Shown here piece after piece: positions 36,495 through 47,354 of a DNA stretch of 64,000 bases. Both the position numbers and the translations under genes were made by a program. Source of the stretch: Patescibacteria group bacterium (lineage in GTDB: Bacteria > Patescibacteriota > Patescibacteriia > Patescibacteriales > UBA12465); contig JBAYKT010000002.1 in the NCBI GenBank assembly GCA_041664445.1, positions 8,629 through 72,628 of the forward strand, written 5' to 3'. Each line of letters begins with the position of its first letter. Position 1 is the first letter of the stretch. The notes beneath the pieces were generated by a model. The model was not told the origin of the DNA. It was given only the letters and a program-made list of their open reading frames with translations, and made no database searches.

Positions 36495-37514
36495 TTAAAC
36501 CAGCTTATCCTGCCCTGCCGGCTTAAGTCCTAAATGCTCATAGCCCAAGGCGGTAACAATTCGACCGCGTGGCGAACGGTCTAAAAAACCAAGCTGCATT
36601 AAATATGGTTCATACATATTTTCAATCGTATCCGCTTCCTCTCCGGTAGCGGCGGCTAGCGTGTTTAAACCGACCGGTCCGCCTTTAAATTTATGAATAA
36701 TCGTTTCTAAAATACGGCGATCAATAAAATCCAAGCCTAAACTATCAACTTCCAACATTTCCATTGCTTCCAAACAATGTTCTAAAGTAATTCGGCCGTC
36801 GCCTTTCACTTCACAGTAATCGCGAACTCGTTTCAATAGGCGATTAGCAATACGCGGCGTTCTCCGGCTACGATTTGCAATTTCTTTCTTGGCCTCATCG
36901 TTAATTTCAATACTCAAAATCCGCGCGCTGCGGGAAATGATTTGCTCAATATCATCAGGCTCATAAAAATTTAAATGGTGGGTAATTCCAAAACGATCGC
37001 GCAGTGGTGCCGACAATAAACTAGCGAGCGTGGTTGCGCCGATGATGGTAAACTTGGGTAAATCCAATCTTAAAGTTCTGGCACTTGGCCCTTTGCCCAT
37101 CACAATGTCTAAAGCATAATCTTCCATCGCCGGATAAAGGATTTCTTCCACTGTTTTAGACAGGCGATGAATCTCATCAATAAATAAAATATCCCCTTCC
37201 TCTAAATTTGTTAAAATAGCTGCTAAATCGCCAGTTTTTTCAATGACCGGCCCCGAGGTGACTCGAATATTTGCCCCAGTTTCATTGGCGATGACATGCG
37301 CTAAGGTCGTTTTGCCGAGCCCAGGAGCGCCATAAAGCAAAATGTGTTCAATCGGCTCTGTTCTTTTTTTAGCAGCCGCAATCGTAATTTCCAAATTCTG
37401 TTTTACTTTCTCCTGACCAATATACTCCGCCAAAAACTTAGGGCGCAAAGACAAATCTAAGGCGTCTTCCCCTTTTTTTCCGATTGGACTAATTAAGCGT
37501 TCTTCTGTTGGCAT
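36495..37514 (-). CDS. ruvB: Holliday junction branch-migration helicase RuvB
   Basis: AAA+ Walker [10 protein letters not shown], Walker [11 protein letters not shown], 339 aa. Confidence 0.95.
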   Translation of the reverse strand: MPTEERLISPIGKKGEDALDLSLRPKFLAEYIGQEKVKQNLEITIAAAKKRTEPIEHILLYGAPGLGKTTLAHVIANETGANIRVTSGPVIEKTGDLAAILTNLEEGDILFIDEIHRLSKTVEEILYPAMEDYALDIVMGKGPSARTLRLDLPKFTIIGATTLASLLSAPLRDRFGITHHLNFYEPDDIEQIISRSARILSIEINDEAKKEIANRSRRTPRIANRLLKRVRDYCEVKGDGRITLEHCLEAMEMLEVDSLGLDFIDRRILETIIHKFKGGPVGLNTLAAATGEEADTIENMYEPYLMQLGFLDRSPRGRIVTALGYEHLGLKPAGQDKLV

Positions 37515-37529
37515 ATAATTATAGTCTAA

Positions 37530-40500
37530 CTAAACCTGTCTAAATTCGCAAATCGTTCTAAAATCACAAAATTCACACATCGGTGACGGCGATGGCGTAA
37601 AATCACGCCTTTTAATAGCGGCGATTTCGGCCATCACGCCCGTTTTTAACTTTTCAATATCTTTCTCGGTGGCATTAAAAGAAAACTTTTCACCGCTTTC
37701 CAAATAATAATAACTTAGCTGACTCACTTTTTCGCCTAAAAATTCTTCCAAAAATATTTTGTATAAAATAAGCTGGCGCTTATCTTTAAATTCCAATTTG
37801 GTTTTGCTTTTGCCGGTCTTATAATCAATAATTTCCAAGCTGCCATCGGCTAAGCGGTCGACTCTATCCATCGTCCCCTTGATAACATCGCTGCCAATTT
37901 TGAAAGAAAACTTTTTTTCCAAAAAGATGATTTCAGACGGCGGATTATTTTGATAATCAGTCAAAAAACGATTTAAAGCCAAGCGCCCTTTCTCCAGATA
38001 AGCGGCGCGCTCCTCCTTATCTTTGTAGCCGTCCGGCTGCCAAAATTCTTGATAAAGCGTAGCTAATCTTTTAGCAGTTATTAGGTCTTCTATTTTTAGC
38101 GGTACTTTTTCATCAGCAAATAAACTGGCTTGGATTTTTTTAGTCTCGCTTAAAATCGGCAGTAAAAAATTATATAAAGTATTATGCAGGACACGTCCGA
38201 AAATAAGCGATGCCTTGTCGGAAGCGGCAGGAATTTTTAAAATGAAGGCAAATTTATACTGCAAGGGGCAAGTGGCAAAGGCCGCTAACTGCGAAAAAGA
38301 AAATTTTTCCGGCAACGGGTACAGCTCTTCCGGATTCTTTGACCTGAGCGGTGCCGGTTCTTTAACGTTCAATAAATGAATATCTTTTAGGAACTCATTA
38401 CGGCGGCTTAACTGCACTTGATCCGAAATTTCCGGTTCAATTCCCATCTCCAAAATAAAACGAGATGGCTTCTTTTCTCTAAGCAAACCATAATCTTTGG
38501 CGCTAGTCAGATAAAGTTCTTCCTTGGCTCTAGTGGCGGCGACGTAAAACAAGCGGCGTTCTTCCTCTAAATGTGCTTCCGGCCCCGGAACATTTTTTTC
38601 TTTGATAAGCGCTTCTGGAATAGAAATTTTCTCGCTGCGTGAAATGGTGGGGAATTTTTTATCAACTAAATTAACAATAAAGACATATTTAAATTCCAAA
38701 CCTTTAGCGCCGTGGACGGTCATAATTTTCACCGTTTCATTATCCGCAAAATCTAGTTTTAAAGAACCGGTTTCTCCTGCTTCCAATTCTAAATTAATGA
38801 CTTCCAAAAAATCTTTTAATTTTACGTCGGCATTATTATCTTCCACAGCTTTCATTTTTTGATAAAGCTGATTAAGGTAAGAAAATAATTCCAAATCTCT
38901 GTCTTTGTCCATCTTTTCCAGCAAACCGGAATCATAAGCAAAATGCAAAAATATTTTTGTCGGCTTATTATTGGCCACTAAAACTGAATGCGTCTCCACT
39001 AACTTCAACAATTTTTTAATATTGGAAACACTGGTCGAGCTAATGCCTTGAATCAAATCAATATTTTTTAGAGCTTCATAAAGCGACCAAACTTTGCGGG
39101 CAGCAATTTTATTAATCGCGACCAAATCAAGATGCGCCACTTTGAAAGCCTCCATATTCAAAACGCGAAACAACGCCGCTGATTCATGATAATTATCCAA
39201 TAAACGGAAGTAAGCAAGAATATCCAGCACGAGCGGCTTATAATACAGACCGCGCCAAGACATAAACTGGTTGGGAATATCCAAGCGTCCCAACTCTTTA
39301 ACATAGGCATCAGCCGTATCATTGGCTCTGACTAAAATTGCAAAATCAAGCCAGCTAATCTCTTCACCTTGAGCAATTTTTTCTTCATAAATATTTTTAA
39401 TGCAGTTAGCAACAAAAGAAACTTCTTCGTCCTGCGTATCAAAATTAAAAAACTTAAGGGCCGGCTCATTTTTTTTGCCTTTGTTAACCGCTCCTTTAGC
39501 CAAAAGGTGTTTGTCTATTTTTAATTTTACCTCCAAACGATTGGGGTCATTATGACTGATAAACTTATGCGCGCGGTCAAGAATTTCCTGGCGTGAACGA
39601 TAGTTCTCGGTTAAGACTATTTCTTGAGCCTGTGGGTAATCTTCTTTAAACTGCATGATATTGGAAATAGAGGCGCCACGAAATTTATAAATCGCCTGAT
39701 CATCGTCGCCAACTACCAATAGATTATTATGCGGGGCGGCCAAAAGACGGACTAATTTATATTGCGCCAGATTGGTATCTTGAAATTCATCAACCATAAT
39801 ATACTTAAATTTCTGACGATAGTATTTTAACAAGTTGGGGCGTTCGATAAATAATTTAATGGCATAAAAAATCAAAGCGCCGAAATCAAGATAATTGTTT
39901 TCTAATAGTAATTGGTTATAGACATGATAAGCATCAGCTAATTCTTTAAGTCGGGTTATTTCCAATTCTTCACCTGATTCATCGTCACTATCCGCCTCTA
40001 TAATTTTAACTTTAGTTTTTTTAGACAATTTTTTCCCGCTTAAACACTCATCCTGATTAGACTCCAGGTCCTCAACATATTTCAGATATTCTTCCGGGCT
40101 GATATTTTCATCTTTCAACCGGGAAAAATGCTTTAAAAGCTCCGAGATAAACTTGGTCGGATTACCGAGAGGACGATAATAATCCAACTGGAATCGGGAT
40201 AAATTTTTCTTAATTAAAACCCACTGGTCAGTTTCATTCAAAAGTTTGAAGCCGGGATTCAAGCCGATTTCTAAGGCGTGATCGCGCAAAATTCGTTCAC
40301 AAAAGCCATGAAAAGTATTAATCCATAAATCGACATAACCATAAGGCATAATTTTATCAGCCCGTTCTTCCATTTCTCCGGCCGCTTTTTCGGTAAAGGT
40401 CAACAATAAAATTTCATCGGTAGAAATTTTCCGGTTAATAATTAAATGGGCCAAGCGATTAATTAAAACCGTAGTTTTTCCAGTACCGGCGCCGGCCACA

Positions 40501-40574
40501 ATCAAAAGTGGGCCATCTTCATGCAAAACCGCCGCTTGCTGCGCTTGATTCAATTTTTTAAAATCTGCCAACAT
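37530..40574 (-). CDS. UvrD/PcrA-family SF1 helicase fused to a C-terminal PD-(D/E)xK nuclease with a Cas4/AddB-like 4-Cys (Fe-S) motif. AddA-like helicase-nuclease.
   Basis: N-terminal LNQAQQAAVL...AGAGTGKTT Walker A. C-terminal ATCPLQYKF...IIDYKTGKS...MCEFCDFRTIC. 1014 aa. Confidence 0.8.
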   Translation of the reverse strand: MLADFKKLNQAQQAAVLHEDGPLLIVAGAGTGKTTVLINRLAHLIINRKISTDEILLLTFTEKAAGEMEERADKIMPYGYVDLWINTFHGFCERILRDHALEIGLNPGFKLLNETDQWVLIKKNLSRFQLDYYRPLGNPTKFISELLKHFSRLKDENISPEEYLKYVEDLESNQDECLSGKKLSKKTKVKIIEADSDDESGEELEITRLKELADAYHVYNQLLLENNYLDFGALIFYAIKLFIERPNLLKYYRQKFKYIMVDEFQDTNLAQYKLVRLLAAPHNNLLVVGDDDQAIYKFRGASISNIMQFKEDYPQAQEIVLTENYRSRQEILDRAHKFISHNDPNRLEVKLKIDKHLLAKGAVNKGKKNEPALKFFNFDTQDEEVSFVANCIKNIYEEKIAQGEEISWLDFAILVRANDTADAYVKELGRLDIPNQFMSWRGLYYKPLVLDILAYFRLLDNYHESAALFRVLNMEAFKVAHLDLVAINKIAARKVWSLYEALKNIDLIQGISSTSVSNIKKLLKLVETHSVLVANNKPTKIFLHFAYDSGLLEKMDKDRDLELFSYLNQLYQKMKAVEDNNADVKLKDFLEVINLELEAGETGSLKLDFADNETVKIMTVHGAKGLEFKYVFIVNLVDKKFPTISRSEKISIPEALIKEKNVPGPEAHLEEERRLFYVAATRAKEELYLTSAKDYGLLREKKPSRFILEMGIEPEISDQVQLSRRNEFLKDIHLLNVKEPAPLRSKNPEELYPLPEKFSFSQLAAFATCPLQYKFAFILKIPAASDKASLIFGRVLHNTLYNFLLPILSETKKIQASLFADEKVPLKIEDLITAKRLATLYQEFWQPDGYKDKEERAAYLEKGRLALNRFLTDYQNNPPSEIIFLEKKFSFKIGSDVIKGTMDRVDRLADGSLEIIDYKTGKSKTKLEFKDKRQLILYKIFLEEFLGEKVSQLSYYYLESGEKFSFNATEKDIEKLKTGVMAEIAAIKRRDFTPSPSPMCEFCDFRTICEFRQV

Positions 40575-40581
40575 ATATTTA

Positions 40582-41706
40582 TTAATTAGGGTTTCTTGTT
40601 AAATCAAGACGACCAGATTTAATATCCGTTTCTAAATCAGAATCGACTTGCGACCAACTACTAAATTTATCTAGAAATTTTGTTTTTTCAGCCGCCGTCA
40701 TTAAACGCGGTGCTGCCTTTTCCGATTTTAGAGGGTAAAGAAAAATAGTAGTAGTCGAGGAGCCAATATTTAAGCCAATGCTCAAACCTTCTTGCGTATC
40801 TTCCGAAAAATACTGATCAAAAATAAAATTTCCTAGAGAATAAAAAATCGGCTTCCCTTGATAAAGCTCCATTCCTTGAACGACATGCGGATGATGACCA
40901 ATAATCGCATCGGCGCCAGCCGCAACTAAGGCTCGCCCGATATTTTGCTGATGTTCACTAAACTGATGCTGATATTCAGCGCCCCAATGAATATTAACAA
41001 TTACTAAATCGGTTTCTAGGCTAGCTGTTTCAATTAATTTTTCCGCCGCCTCTAAATCAAAGTTATTATAAACCATTGATAGGCCAATCAGCGCTATTTT
41101 TTGGTTTGAAACAATAACATCTTTTCGAGAATATTCATCAATTTTAGCATCAGTTGAACCACTATAATTAAAGCCGAGCTCACTTAAATTTTTTCTGGTC
41201 TCTTCAACTCCTATTTGTCCCTGATCGCTAAAATGATTATTAGCCGAAGTAAAATAATTAAATCCATACGCCTTAAGTTCGGCAATTCTCTCCGGCGCAA
41301 AAGCAAAATCATAAGCATTTTGCGGCGCATAATGCCTTCCTTCGTCAGTAACGGCGCCTTCTAAATTAGCGCCAACAATATCCGCTCCCTCCCAAAACTT
41401 ATTATCGCCATCAAGGCCAGATAATAAATAGGAAAGCGGTTGGCCCGCTAAACGTTCGCCGACGTGCCGGTCTAACATCAAATCACCGAAAAAATAAAAA
41501 CGCAAATTATTATTAGCCGTGGCATTATTTGGAAGATGCCACTGCGTTTGCGCACTGAGAATAGCTTGGTGATTATTTAAAATTTCAGAACCATATTGTT
41601 GGAAATCATCGGCCAAATATCGGTAGCGGCTGATTATAAAAAAGCTGCCCAAAAAAATAAAGGCGACAATTAATATTTCCGCTTTTTGGAATTTTATTTT
41701 CCACAT
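40582..41706 (-). CDS. capA: CapA/PgsA-family metallophosphatase-like protein, N-terminally membrane anchored
   Basis: Motifs GANLEGAVTD, NNHFSDQG, IHWGAEYQHQ, GADAIIGHHPHVVQG. Confidence 0.8.
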   Translation of the reverse strand: MWKIKFQKAEILIVAFIFLGSFFIISRYRYLADDFQQYGSEILNNHQAILSAQTQWHLPNNATANNNLRFYFFGDLMLDRHVGERLAGQPLSYLLSGLDGDNKFWEGADIVGANLEGAVTDEGRHYAPQNAYDFAFAPERIAELKAYGFNYFTSANNHFSDQGQIGVEETRKNLSELGFNYSGSTDAKIDEYSRKDVIVSNQKIALIGLSMVYNNFDLEAAEKLIETASLETDLVIVNIHWGAEYQHQFSEHQQNIGRALVAAGADAIIGHHPHVVQGMELYQGKPIFYSLGNFIFDQYFSEDTQEGLSIGLNIGSSTTTIFLYPLKSEKAAPRLMTAAEKTKFLDKFSSWSQVDSDLETDIKSGRLDLTRNPN

Positions 41707-41723
41707 AAGCGATACACAATAAA

Positions 41724-42989
41724 TTAAAATCTTAAAACCTTATTAAAATCACCATCTTTTACCCGTCCAATAACCGCTAAGTTCAAACCAGAATCAACAA
41801 ATATTTTTTTAGCGGTTTTTTGCAAGCTAAGCGGAGTAATCGCGGCAATTTTTTTCATAAACTCAGCCGGGGTCATAATTTGCCGACGCAAAATTGATTG
41901 GCGCGCATACCAATTAGCGACATTATCCGTCGCCTCCATCTGCAAAAGCAGGCGTCCACGCAGTAAATCTTTAGCGCGATTCAATTCCTTAAGCGGTATC
42001 GGCTCGGTAATTAAGCGACGATACTCATTAATGATAATTTCTACCGCCTGCTGTGTTTTCTCAGTCGGTACGCCGGCTTGGGTGGTCAAATATCCGGAAT
42101 CAGAATAAAGTTCCGTATCAGTTTTAACATAATAAGCTAAGCCGTTGCGTTCACGAAGATTAATAAATAAACGTGAACTCATGGCTCCGCCTAGAATTAT
42201 AGATAAAAGCTTAACATTAAATTCTTCAGCATGGCCCAAGGCAAACGTTCTGACCGCTAATGAAAGATTGGCCTGATCAATGTCCTTGAAAGAGGTCTTA
42301 ACTCTTGGTTTTATTTGTTGAACTTTGGTCTTGGTTTGCGCTTGCCATTTATTAGGCTTAAGGGCGCTAAAAATTGCTTTAGCTTTATTAATATCTTTGT
42401 CTTTAACGCCACCTGCCAAAATCAAACACGCGCTGTTGGCGCCATATTGGGCCTCAAGGTAAGATATAAAGTCTTGACGCGTGAAACGTTTGATATTTTC
42501 TTTAGTGCCAACAGTTTCCCAACCGGCCGGGGTATCCCCATAAATACAGGCTTCGAGCACATCCTCAATATGCATCATTGGATTCTCTTCATACATATTA
42601 AGCTCTTCAATGATAACCCCTTTTTCGCGCTGAATTTCCGTCTCTTCCATTTTAGAATGCAAAATCATTTCTCCTAAAATTTCTAAAGCTTGTCCCAGCT
42701 TGTTTTCCGTTGCTTTAATCCAATAGCCGGTATATTCTTTGGAGGTAAAGGCATTAAATTCGCAACCCAAAGAATCTAACTCGCTCGCCAAAGCCAAGGT
42801 ATTAGGATATTTAGCCGTCCCTTTAAAAAATAAATGCTCTAAAAAATGAGAAATGCCATTATTTTTCCTGTTTTCATAACGAGAGCCAGTCTTAAAAATC
42901 AAGAGAGCGGTAGCAGTTTTTGCCCCCGGTAAGGCAATTTTGATAATGGGCGTCTTATTTGACAATATTATCTTTTTATATTTATCCAT
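41724..42989 (-). CDS. M16-family (pitrilysin/insulinase-type) zinc peptidase
   Basis: Inverted zincin motif HFLEHLFFKGT (HxxEH), 421 aa. Confidence 0.85.
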   Translation of the reverse strand: MDKYKKIILSNKTPIIKIALPGAKTATALLIFKTGSRYENRKNNGISHFLEHLFFKGTAKYPNTLALASELDSLGCEFNAFTSKEYTGYWIKATENKLGQALEILGEMILHSKMEETEIQREKGVIIEELNMYEENPMMHIEDVLEACIYGDTPAGWETVGTKENIKRFTRQDFISYLEAQYGANSACLILAGGVKDKDINKAKAIFSALKPNKWQAQTKTKVQQIKPRVKTSFKDIDQANLSLAVRTFALGHAEEFNVKLLSIILGGAMSSRLFINLRERNGLAYYVKTDTELYSDSGYLTTQAGVPTEKTQQAVEIIINEYRRLITEPIPLKELNRAKDLLRGRLLLQMEATDNVANWYARQSILRRQIMTPAEFMKKIAAITPLSLQKTAKKIFVDSGLNLAVIGRVKDGDFNKVLRF

Positions 42990-43092
42990 AGCTATTTAAA
43001 GTTATTTTATTAAATCTTATTTTAAATTTAGCACATATTTGCTATAATTTAAAGCGAAGAATAAATTTAATTTCAATTAAAATCCTTCTCTT

Positions 43093-43809
43093 ATGAGCTA
43101 CAAAATTAATGATCGCAACACCATTTTAAATAGCGGCCGCCAATATAAGATAACCCGGGTCAAGGATATGCCGGATGAAGAAAAGCCGCGCGAAAAAATG
43201 TTAGAAAATGGACCCGGAGCCTTAAGCGCTGCCGAATTATTAGCGGTTGTTCTGGGCACCGGCACCAAAAAAGAAGAAGTGTTTTCCATGTCTTCACGCT
43301 TATTGCGCGAATACGGCGAAAAAGGAATTGCTTATCAAAAAAATCCAGCCGTGATTGAAAAAGACTTGGGCATCCCTCAAGTAAAAGCTTGCCAGATAGT
43401 CGCTTGCTTTGAGCTCGGTCGCCGTTTCTACCAAAAAAAACCGGGTGGCTCAATTACTATTAGAACTGCCAAGCAGGCTTATGAATATCTGAAAGATATG
43501 GGCAATTTAAATAAAGAACAATTTAGAGGTTTATATCTAAACACCCATTATCAGCTTATCCATGATGAAGTAATTTCTATCGGCACGCTTGATGCGGCCA
43601 TCGTTCAGCCGCGCGAAGTCTTCCGGCCAGCCTTGGAATATTCGGCCGCCGCGATGATTATTGCCCACAACCATCCCTCCGGCGTTTTAAAGGCCACCAA
43701 GGCGGATGTCGAAATTACTGATAAATTAATTGCTGCCGGAAAAATTTTAGATATTGAAATTTTGGATCATCTGATAATCGGCAAAAACAAATTTAATAGT
43801 ATTATTTAG
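43093..43809 (+). CDS. radC: RadC-family JAB/MPN-domain protein (UPF0758)
   Basis: HhH N-terminal region and JAMM motif HNHPSG. Confidence 0.9.
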   Translation: MSYKINDRNTILNSGRQYKITRVKDMPDEEKPREKMLENGPGALSAAELLAVVLGTGTKKEEVFSMSSRLLREYGEKGIAYQKNPAVIEKDLGIPQVKACQIVACFELGRRFYQKKPGGSITIRTAKQAYEYLKDMGNLNKEQFRGLYLNTHYQLIHDEVISIGTLDAAIVQPREVFRPALEYSAAAMIIAHNHPSGVLKATKADVEITDKLIAAGKILDIEILDHLIIGKNKFNSII

Positions 43810-43810
43810 C

Positions 43811-44092
43811 ATGTCTGCCAAATATCTAATAAAACCTGGTGTCTGGTTGCTAAAAGATGAAGCCAGTACCAAGTTTCATCTTTCTCAAGACGATTATTTT
43901 GGTACCATTGCCACAATTTTGAGTCTTTGGCGCCAAAATATTGAAAAAAATCCGGACCTTATTAATCCGGATTTTTATCAAACTTTAAATGAAGTAGAAA
44001 AAGATTTAATCTGGCTACAAAAAAACTATCAAATCAAGCCAAGGATTAAAAAGAAAAATAAAATCCCAAAGGGTAAAGAAATTAGCCAATGA
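43811..44092 (+). CDS. Hypothetical 93-aa protein, translationally coupled to radC
   Basis: The ATG lies 1 nt after the radC stop. No recognisable motifs. Confidence 0.4.
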   Translation: MSAKYLIKPGVWLLKDEASTKFHLSQDDYFGTIATILSLWRQNIEKNPDLINPDFYQTLNEVEKDLIWLQKNYQIKPRIKKKNKIPKGKEISQ

Positions 44093-45315
44093 TCGAGCAT
44101 CATCATAATCACCAGTGCTACAATAATCGAAAAGGCAAAATTTTGACGGCGCGGACTAAGCGCCAAAAAAATTAAAAATAAAATTACTGCCAAAAAAGCG
44201 AAGACGCCATTTTCCGCAAAAACCAAGAGAAAGGCATTATGAACTGGTTGATAATAATTAAAATTACTGACTGACGAATTTTTTTCTAAATATTTTACAT
44301 AATTAGCATTACCCACTCCAAACCAGGGGTGGTTTTTTATTATTTTCCCGGACTGAACAGCATAATCTTCACGCTCTGAAATAGATATTTGTTCCAAGCG
44401 TGAAGTGGCCGTAAAACGAGTTAAAGCCAACTCACGATAAGGCAAAGCGGCAATAACCAAGAGTGCCACGGAAAAGAAAATTAATGCTAAAAATCGTTTT
44501 GCTACCCAACGATCTTCCCGCTTATAAATAACCCAGGCTAAAATCAACATGCCGACGGCATAGGCCAACCAAGCGGCCCGCGAGAAAGAGAAAAACATGG
44601 CAATCAGCGCAAAAAAATAACTGAAAAACAACATAATCAAGCCCCAAATCTGAATATTGGAATTAATTATTTTTTTACGGGCCAATAAATAAGCTGATAA
44701 AATCAAAGAAATGGCTAGCACCCCGCCTAAAACATTAGGGTGATCAAGGCCGCCATAAGCTCGCAGCCAACGACCGGAAGCTGTTTCAATAACCGCGGTT
44801 CCAACTACTTCCGGATCATGAGCGGCCAAACCTAAATATTTGAAGGCAAAAGATTTTTGACTGAGAAATTGATAAATCCCTAAAGAGGCTTGAAAAAAAG
44901 TGCTGGTCAAAAAAACATAGATAATTCTCGTTCTATTTAAACAGCTATCTTCATAAGCGGCGCGATTAATTCCTTCTCTAACCAGATAAAATAGGCCTAA
45001 ACCTCCCAAAAATAATAAGTAATGAAAAGTGGCTAAAAGTTTATCGGGCGCATAGAAAAAAGAAACTACCATCACAATTTCCAGTACCCCCAAAAAATAC
45101 CAAAGCAGAGGTGTTTTACGACCAGAATCTCTAGTCCAGATTTTATATATAAAAAAACAGATTAAGGCTAGTAGCAAAACTAAATGACTGACATACAAAC
45201 TAATGTCGTTAAAATTATTAAGCGCCGGCCGAAGAATTAGCTTGGTTTGCCAAGGCAAAATAAAAACAAAAACTAACAAAAAAAATTCAGTTAATCTTTT
45301 GAAGAAGTTCATCAT
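44029..45315 (-). CDS. Wzy_C/O-antigen-ligase-family polytopic membrane protein. Second copy in the window; this one lacks TPR.
   Basis: About 12 TM helices with a periplasmic loop containing an RAAW-type motif. The track start at 45339 is TTG; the double ATG at 45310-45315 (MMNFFKRL) is more likely. Confidence 0.6.
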   Translation of the reverse strand: MMNFFKRLTEFFLLVFVFILPWQTKLILRPALNNFNDISLYVSHLVLLLALICFFIYKIWTRDSGRKTPLLWYFLGVLEIVMVVSFFYAPDKLLATFHYLLFLGGLGLFYLVREGINRAAYEDSCLNRTRIIYVFLTSTFFQASLGIYQFLSQKSFAFKYLGLAAHDPEVVGTAVIETASGRWLRAYGGLDHPNVLGGVLAISLILSAYLLARKKIINSNIQIWGLIMLFFSYFFALIAMFFSFSRAAWLAYAVGMLILAWVIYKREDRWVAKRFLALIFFSVALLVIAALPYRELALTRFTATSRLEQISISEREDYAVQSGKIIKNHPWFGVGNANYVKYLEKNSSVSNFNYYQPVHNAFLLVFAENGVFAFLAVILFLIFLALSPRRQNFAFSIIVALVIMMMLDHWLISLPFGILFFFLILGLI

Positions 45316-46168
45316 ACTTAGACTTAAATTTTTCAGCAAATAGACGCCGTCTATCGCCGAGATATAATTTTAAAACACTATCGGAAATAACCACCCCGTC
45401 TGAATTATTCACAGCTCTTTTTAAATCTGGAGACATAATTCTTAATTGCCAACTTTTAGCAATTTTTTCCAAAATATCCAGCCAAGAAAACCTAGCGGCG
45501 GCGGAGTCAATAATATTTTCAGTACTTAATTGGTTCGCTGTTAAAAACCGCTGATAAAAATTACGGGAATTATAAATTGGTAATAAGCCGCGCAACCAAT
45601 AATAAAAATAAGGATCGTCATGACCTAAAGCTAAATCGCGAATGTCTAAATGCTCCTCGGAAATATAAAAACTTAAACAAATCTTATCACGCTTATTGGC
45701 CGTAGTCGGACGACTATTCAGCAACTTAGCCAGCCCTGCACAGAATAAACGACTTAACCAAATCCGCCTGGCGCTCGTGATAATAAAAAAATCGATATCA
45801 CCTTCTTGGCGCAAATTATGATCGCCAATAAAATTAGCAACCGCGATAGTTTTAACAAAAGGCAAAAGCGCAAAAGCGCGCGCAAATCTTCGAGCGATTT
45901 TTACTTTATGACAAGAATAATTATATCGTATTTTTCTGATTTCGACGATATTTTCTCGGCCGTTTAGAAAATAAAAGCCATTTTTTTGACTGATAATTTC
46001 CGAGGCGGCATTTTCTAAAGTTAACTTAAGAGCCGCCAACGAGCCGCGCCGCCCTAAATAATGCCAAATTTCATAAGCCGTCAACGGGAAATCGAACAAA
46101 TCCAAAAAAACTAGGGGCTTTAAAACGTCCCGTACGGATATTTCTTGATTGTCGGAAACGCTAAACAT
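45287..46168 (-). CDS. Hypothetical protein with a Pol-beta-like nucleotidyltransferase-type motif (GDHNLRQEGDIDFFII)
   Basis: G[DS]x(7-9)DxD pattern. 293 aa. No other clear homology from sequence alone. Confidence 0.4.
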   Translation of the reverse strand: MFSVSDNQEISVRDVLKPLVFLDLFDFPLTAYEIWHYLGRRGSLAALKLTLENAASEIISQKNGFYFLNGRENIVEIRKIRYNYSCHKVKIARRFARAFALLPFVKTIAVANFIGDHNLRQEGDIDFFIITSARRIWLSRLFCAGLAKLLNSRPTTANKRDKICLSFYISEEHLDIRDLALGHDDPYFYYWLRGLLPIYNSRNFYQRFLTANQLSTENIIDSAAARFSWLDILEKIAKSWQLRIMSPDLKRAVNNSDGVVISDSVLKLYLGDRRRLFAEKFKSKYDELLQKIN

Positions 46169-47276
46169 TTTTTGGTCTTTCTATTTTCAAAGGTTCAATG
46201 GCGCTCTGTTCACCGGTAATTTTTAAAACATCCTTATCCATTTTTTTAAATTCCAAAGAGGCATTATTATAATGATTGACGGTCGTAGACAAGCTAATGC
46301 CTAATTTTTTCAAAAAGTCGTCATACGCCAGCATGTGCTTGCCCAACTTTTCAATATTAATTTTTATTTCTTTAGCCTTTTCTTCAATTTGCATCGCCTT
46401 TAAGCCCTGAAGAACAGTTTGTAAATAAGCTAAAAATGAAGTTGGAGACACAATAATTACTTTCTTGTCGCGAAAAGCATACTCTATCAAATCGCGAGTA
46501 TTAACTTTAACTGCGCCCACCTTGTTGACTAATAAATCATAATAAATAGCTTCTGATGGAATAAACATAAAAGCAAATTCCATTGTCCCTCTATCCGGAA
46601 GAACATACTTGGAGGTTTCGTCAATTCTGTTTTTTAAATCTTGCTTAAACTGCTGTTCCATTTTTTCGCGCGTCTCTTTATCGGTCGCATTTAAAATGCG
46701 CTCATAATTTTCCAAAGAAAATTTAGCGTCAATCGGAATAATTTTATCTTTCACAAATACCACCGCATCCACGATTAAATCTTTACCCGTTTTGTCAGCC
46801 TTACCGAGCTTGTATTGCATTTCGTAAGAACCTGGCGGCAAAACATTTTTCAAAGTTTCTTCCAAAAAATATTCCCCCAAGACACCGCGCTGTTTAGGAT
46901 TTTTCAAAATATCCTGTAAGTTCTGCAACTGGGAAGAAAAATTAACTACCTGTTTATTGGTCTCATCCAACTTAGCCAGCTTTTCAGTTACATCGGCAAT
47001 TAATTTTGCTGATTGATTAGTAATATTCTGGACGATTTTAGTCGTTTGCCCATATTGCTCCTGATTAGAACGATGGGTTTCGGATAATTTGCGATCCAAT
47101 TCTTGGCGAAGTTCGGTATTTTGTTGCGAGAGTTGAGTTAATTTCTCTGATTGCTGAGCCATCCTCTCCATGAGCGGCAACATCTTATCGGTCCCTTCGT
47201 CTTTCTTTTTAAGTAGAAGATAGATAATAATCCCTAAGCCGCCCAAAACTATTAAAAAAATAGGCCAATTGTCCAT
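46161..47276 (-). CDS. rmuC: DNA recombination protein RmuC
   Basis: N-terminal TM, long coiled coil, C-terminal RmuC nuclease-like domain (...AFMFIPSEAIYYDL...VSPTSFLAYLQTV). Confidence 0.8.
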   Translation of the reverse strand: MDNWPIFLIVLGGLGIIIYLLLKKKDEGTDKMLPLMERMAQQSEKLTQLSQQNTELRQELDRKLSETHRSNQEQYGQTTKIVQNITNQSAKLIADVTEKLAKLDETNKQVVNFSSQLQNLQDILKNPKQRGVLGEYFLEETLKNVLPPGSYEMQYKLGKADKTGKDLIVDAVVFVKDKIIPIDAKFSLENYERILNATDKETREKMEQQFKQDLKNRIDETSKYVLPDRGTMEFAFMFIPSEAIYYDLLVNKVGAVKVNTRDLIEYAFRDKKVIIVSPTSFLAYLQTVLQGLKAMQIEEKAKEIKINIEKLGKHMLAYDDFLKKLGISLSTTVNHYNNASLEFKKMDKDVLKITGEQSAIEPLKIERPKNV

Positions 47277-47354
47277 AAAATTTAAAAATTAATATTTTCT
47301 CTTTCTATTATATAACTTTTAGCAAAATTTTGGCATCTTGACGGATAGGCGCAA

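Noticed and set aside
45316-45339. Track-annotated N-terminus (MLKNLSLS) of the Wzy_C gene at 44029-45339
   Set aside because: Its first codon is TTG. Two consecutive ATGs (MMNFFKRL) lie 24 nt downstream and reduce the overlap with the upstream gene.
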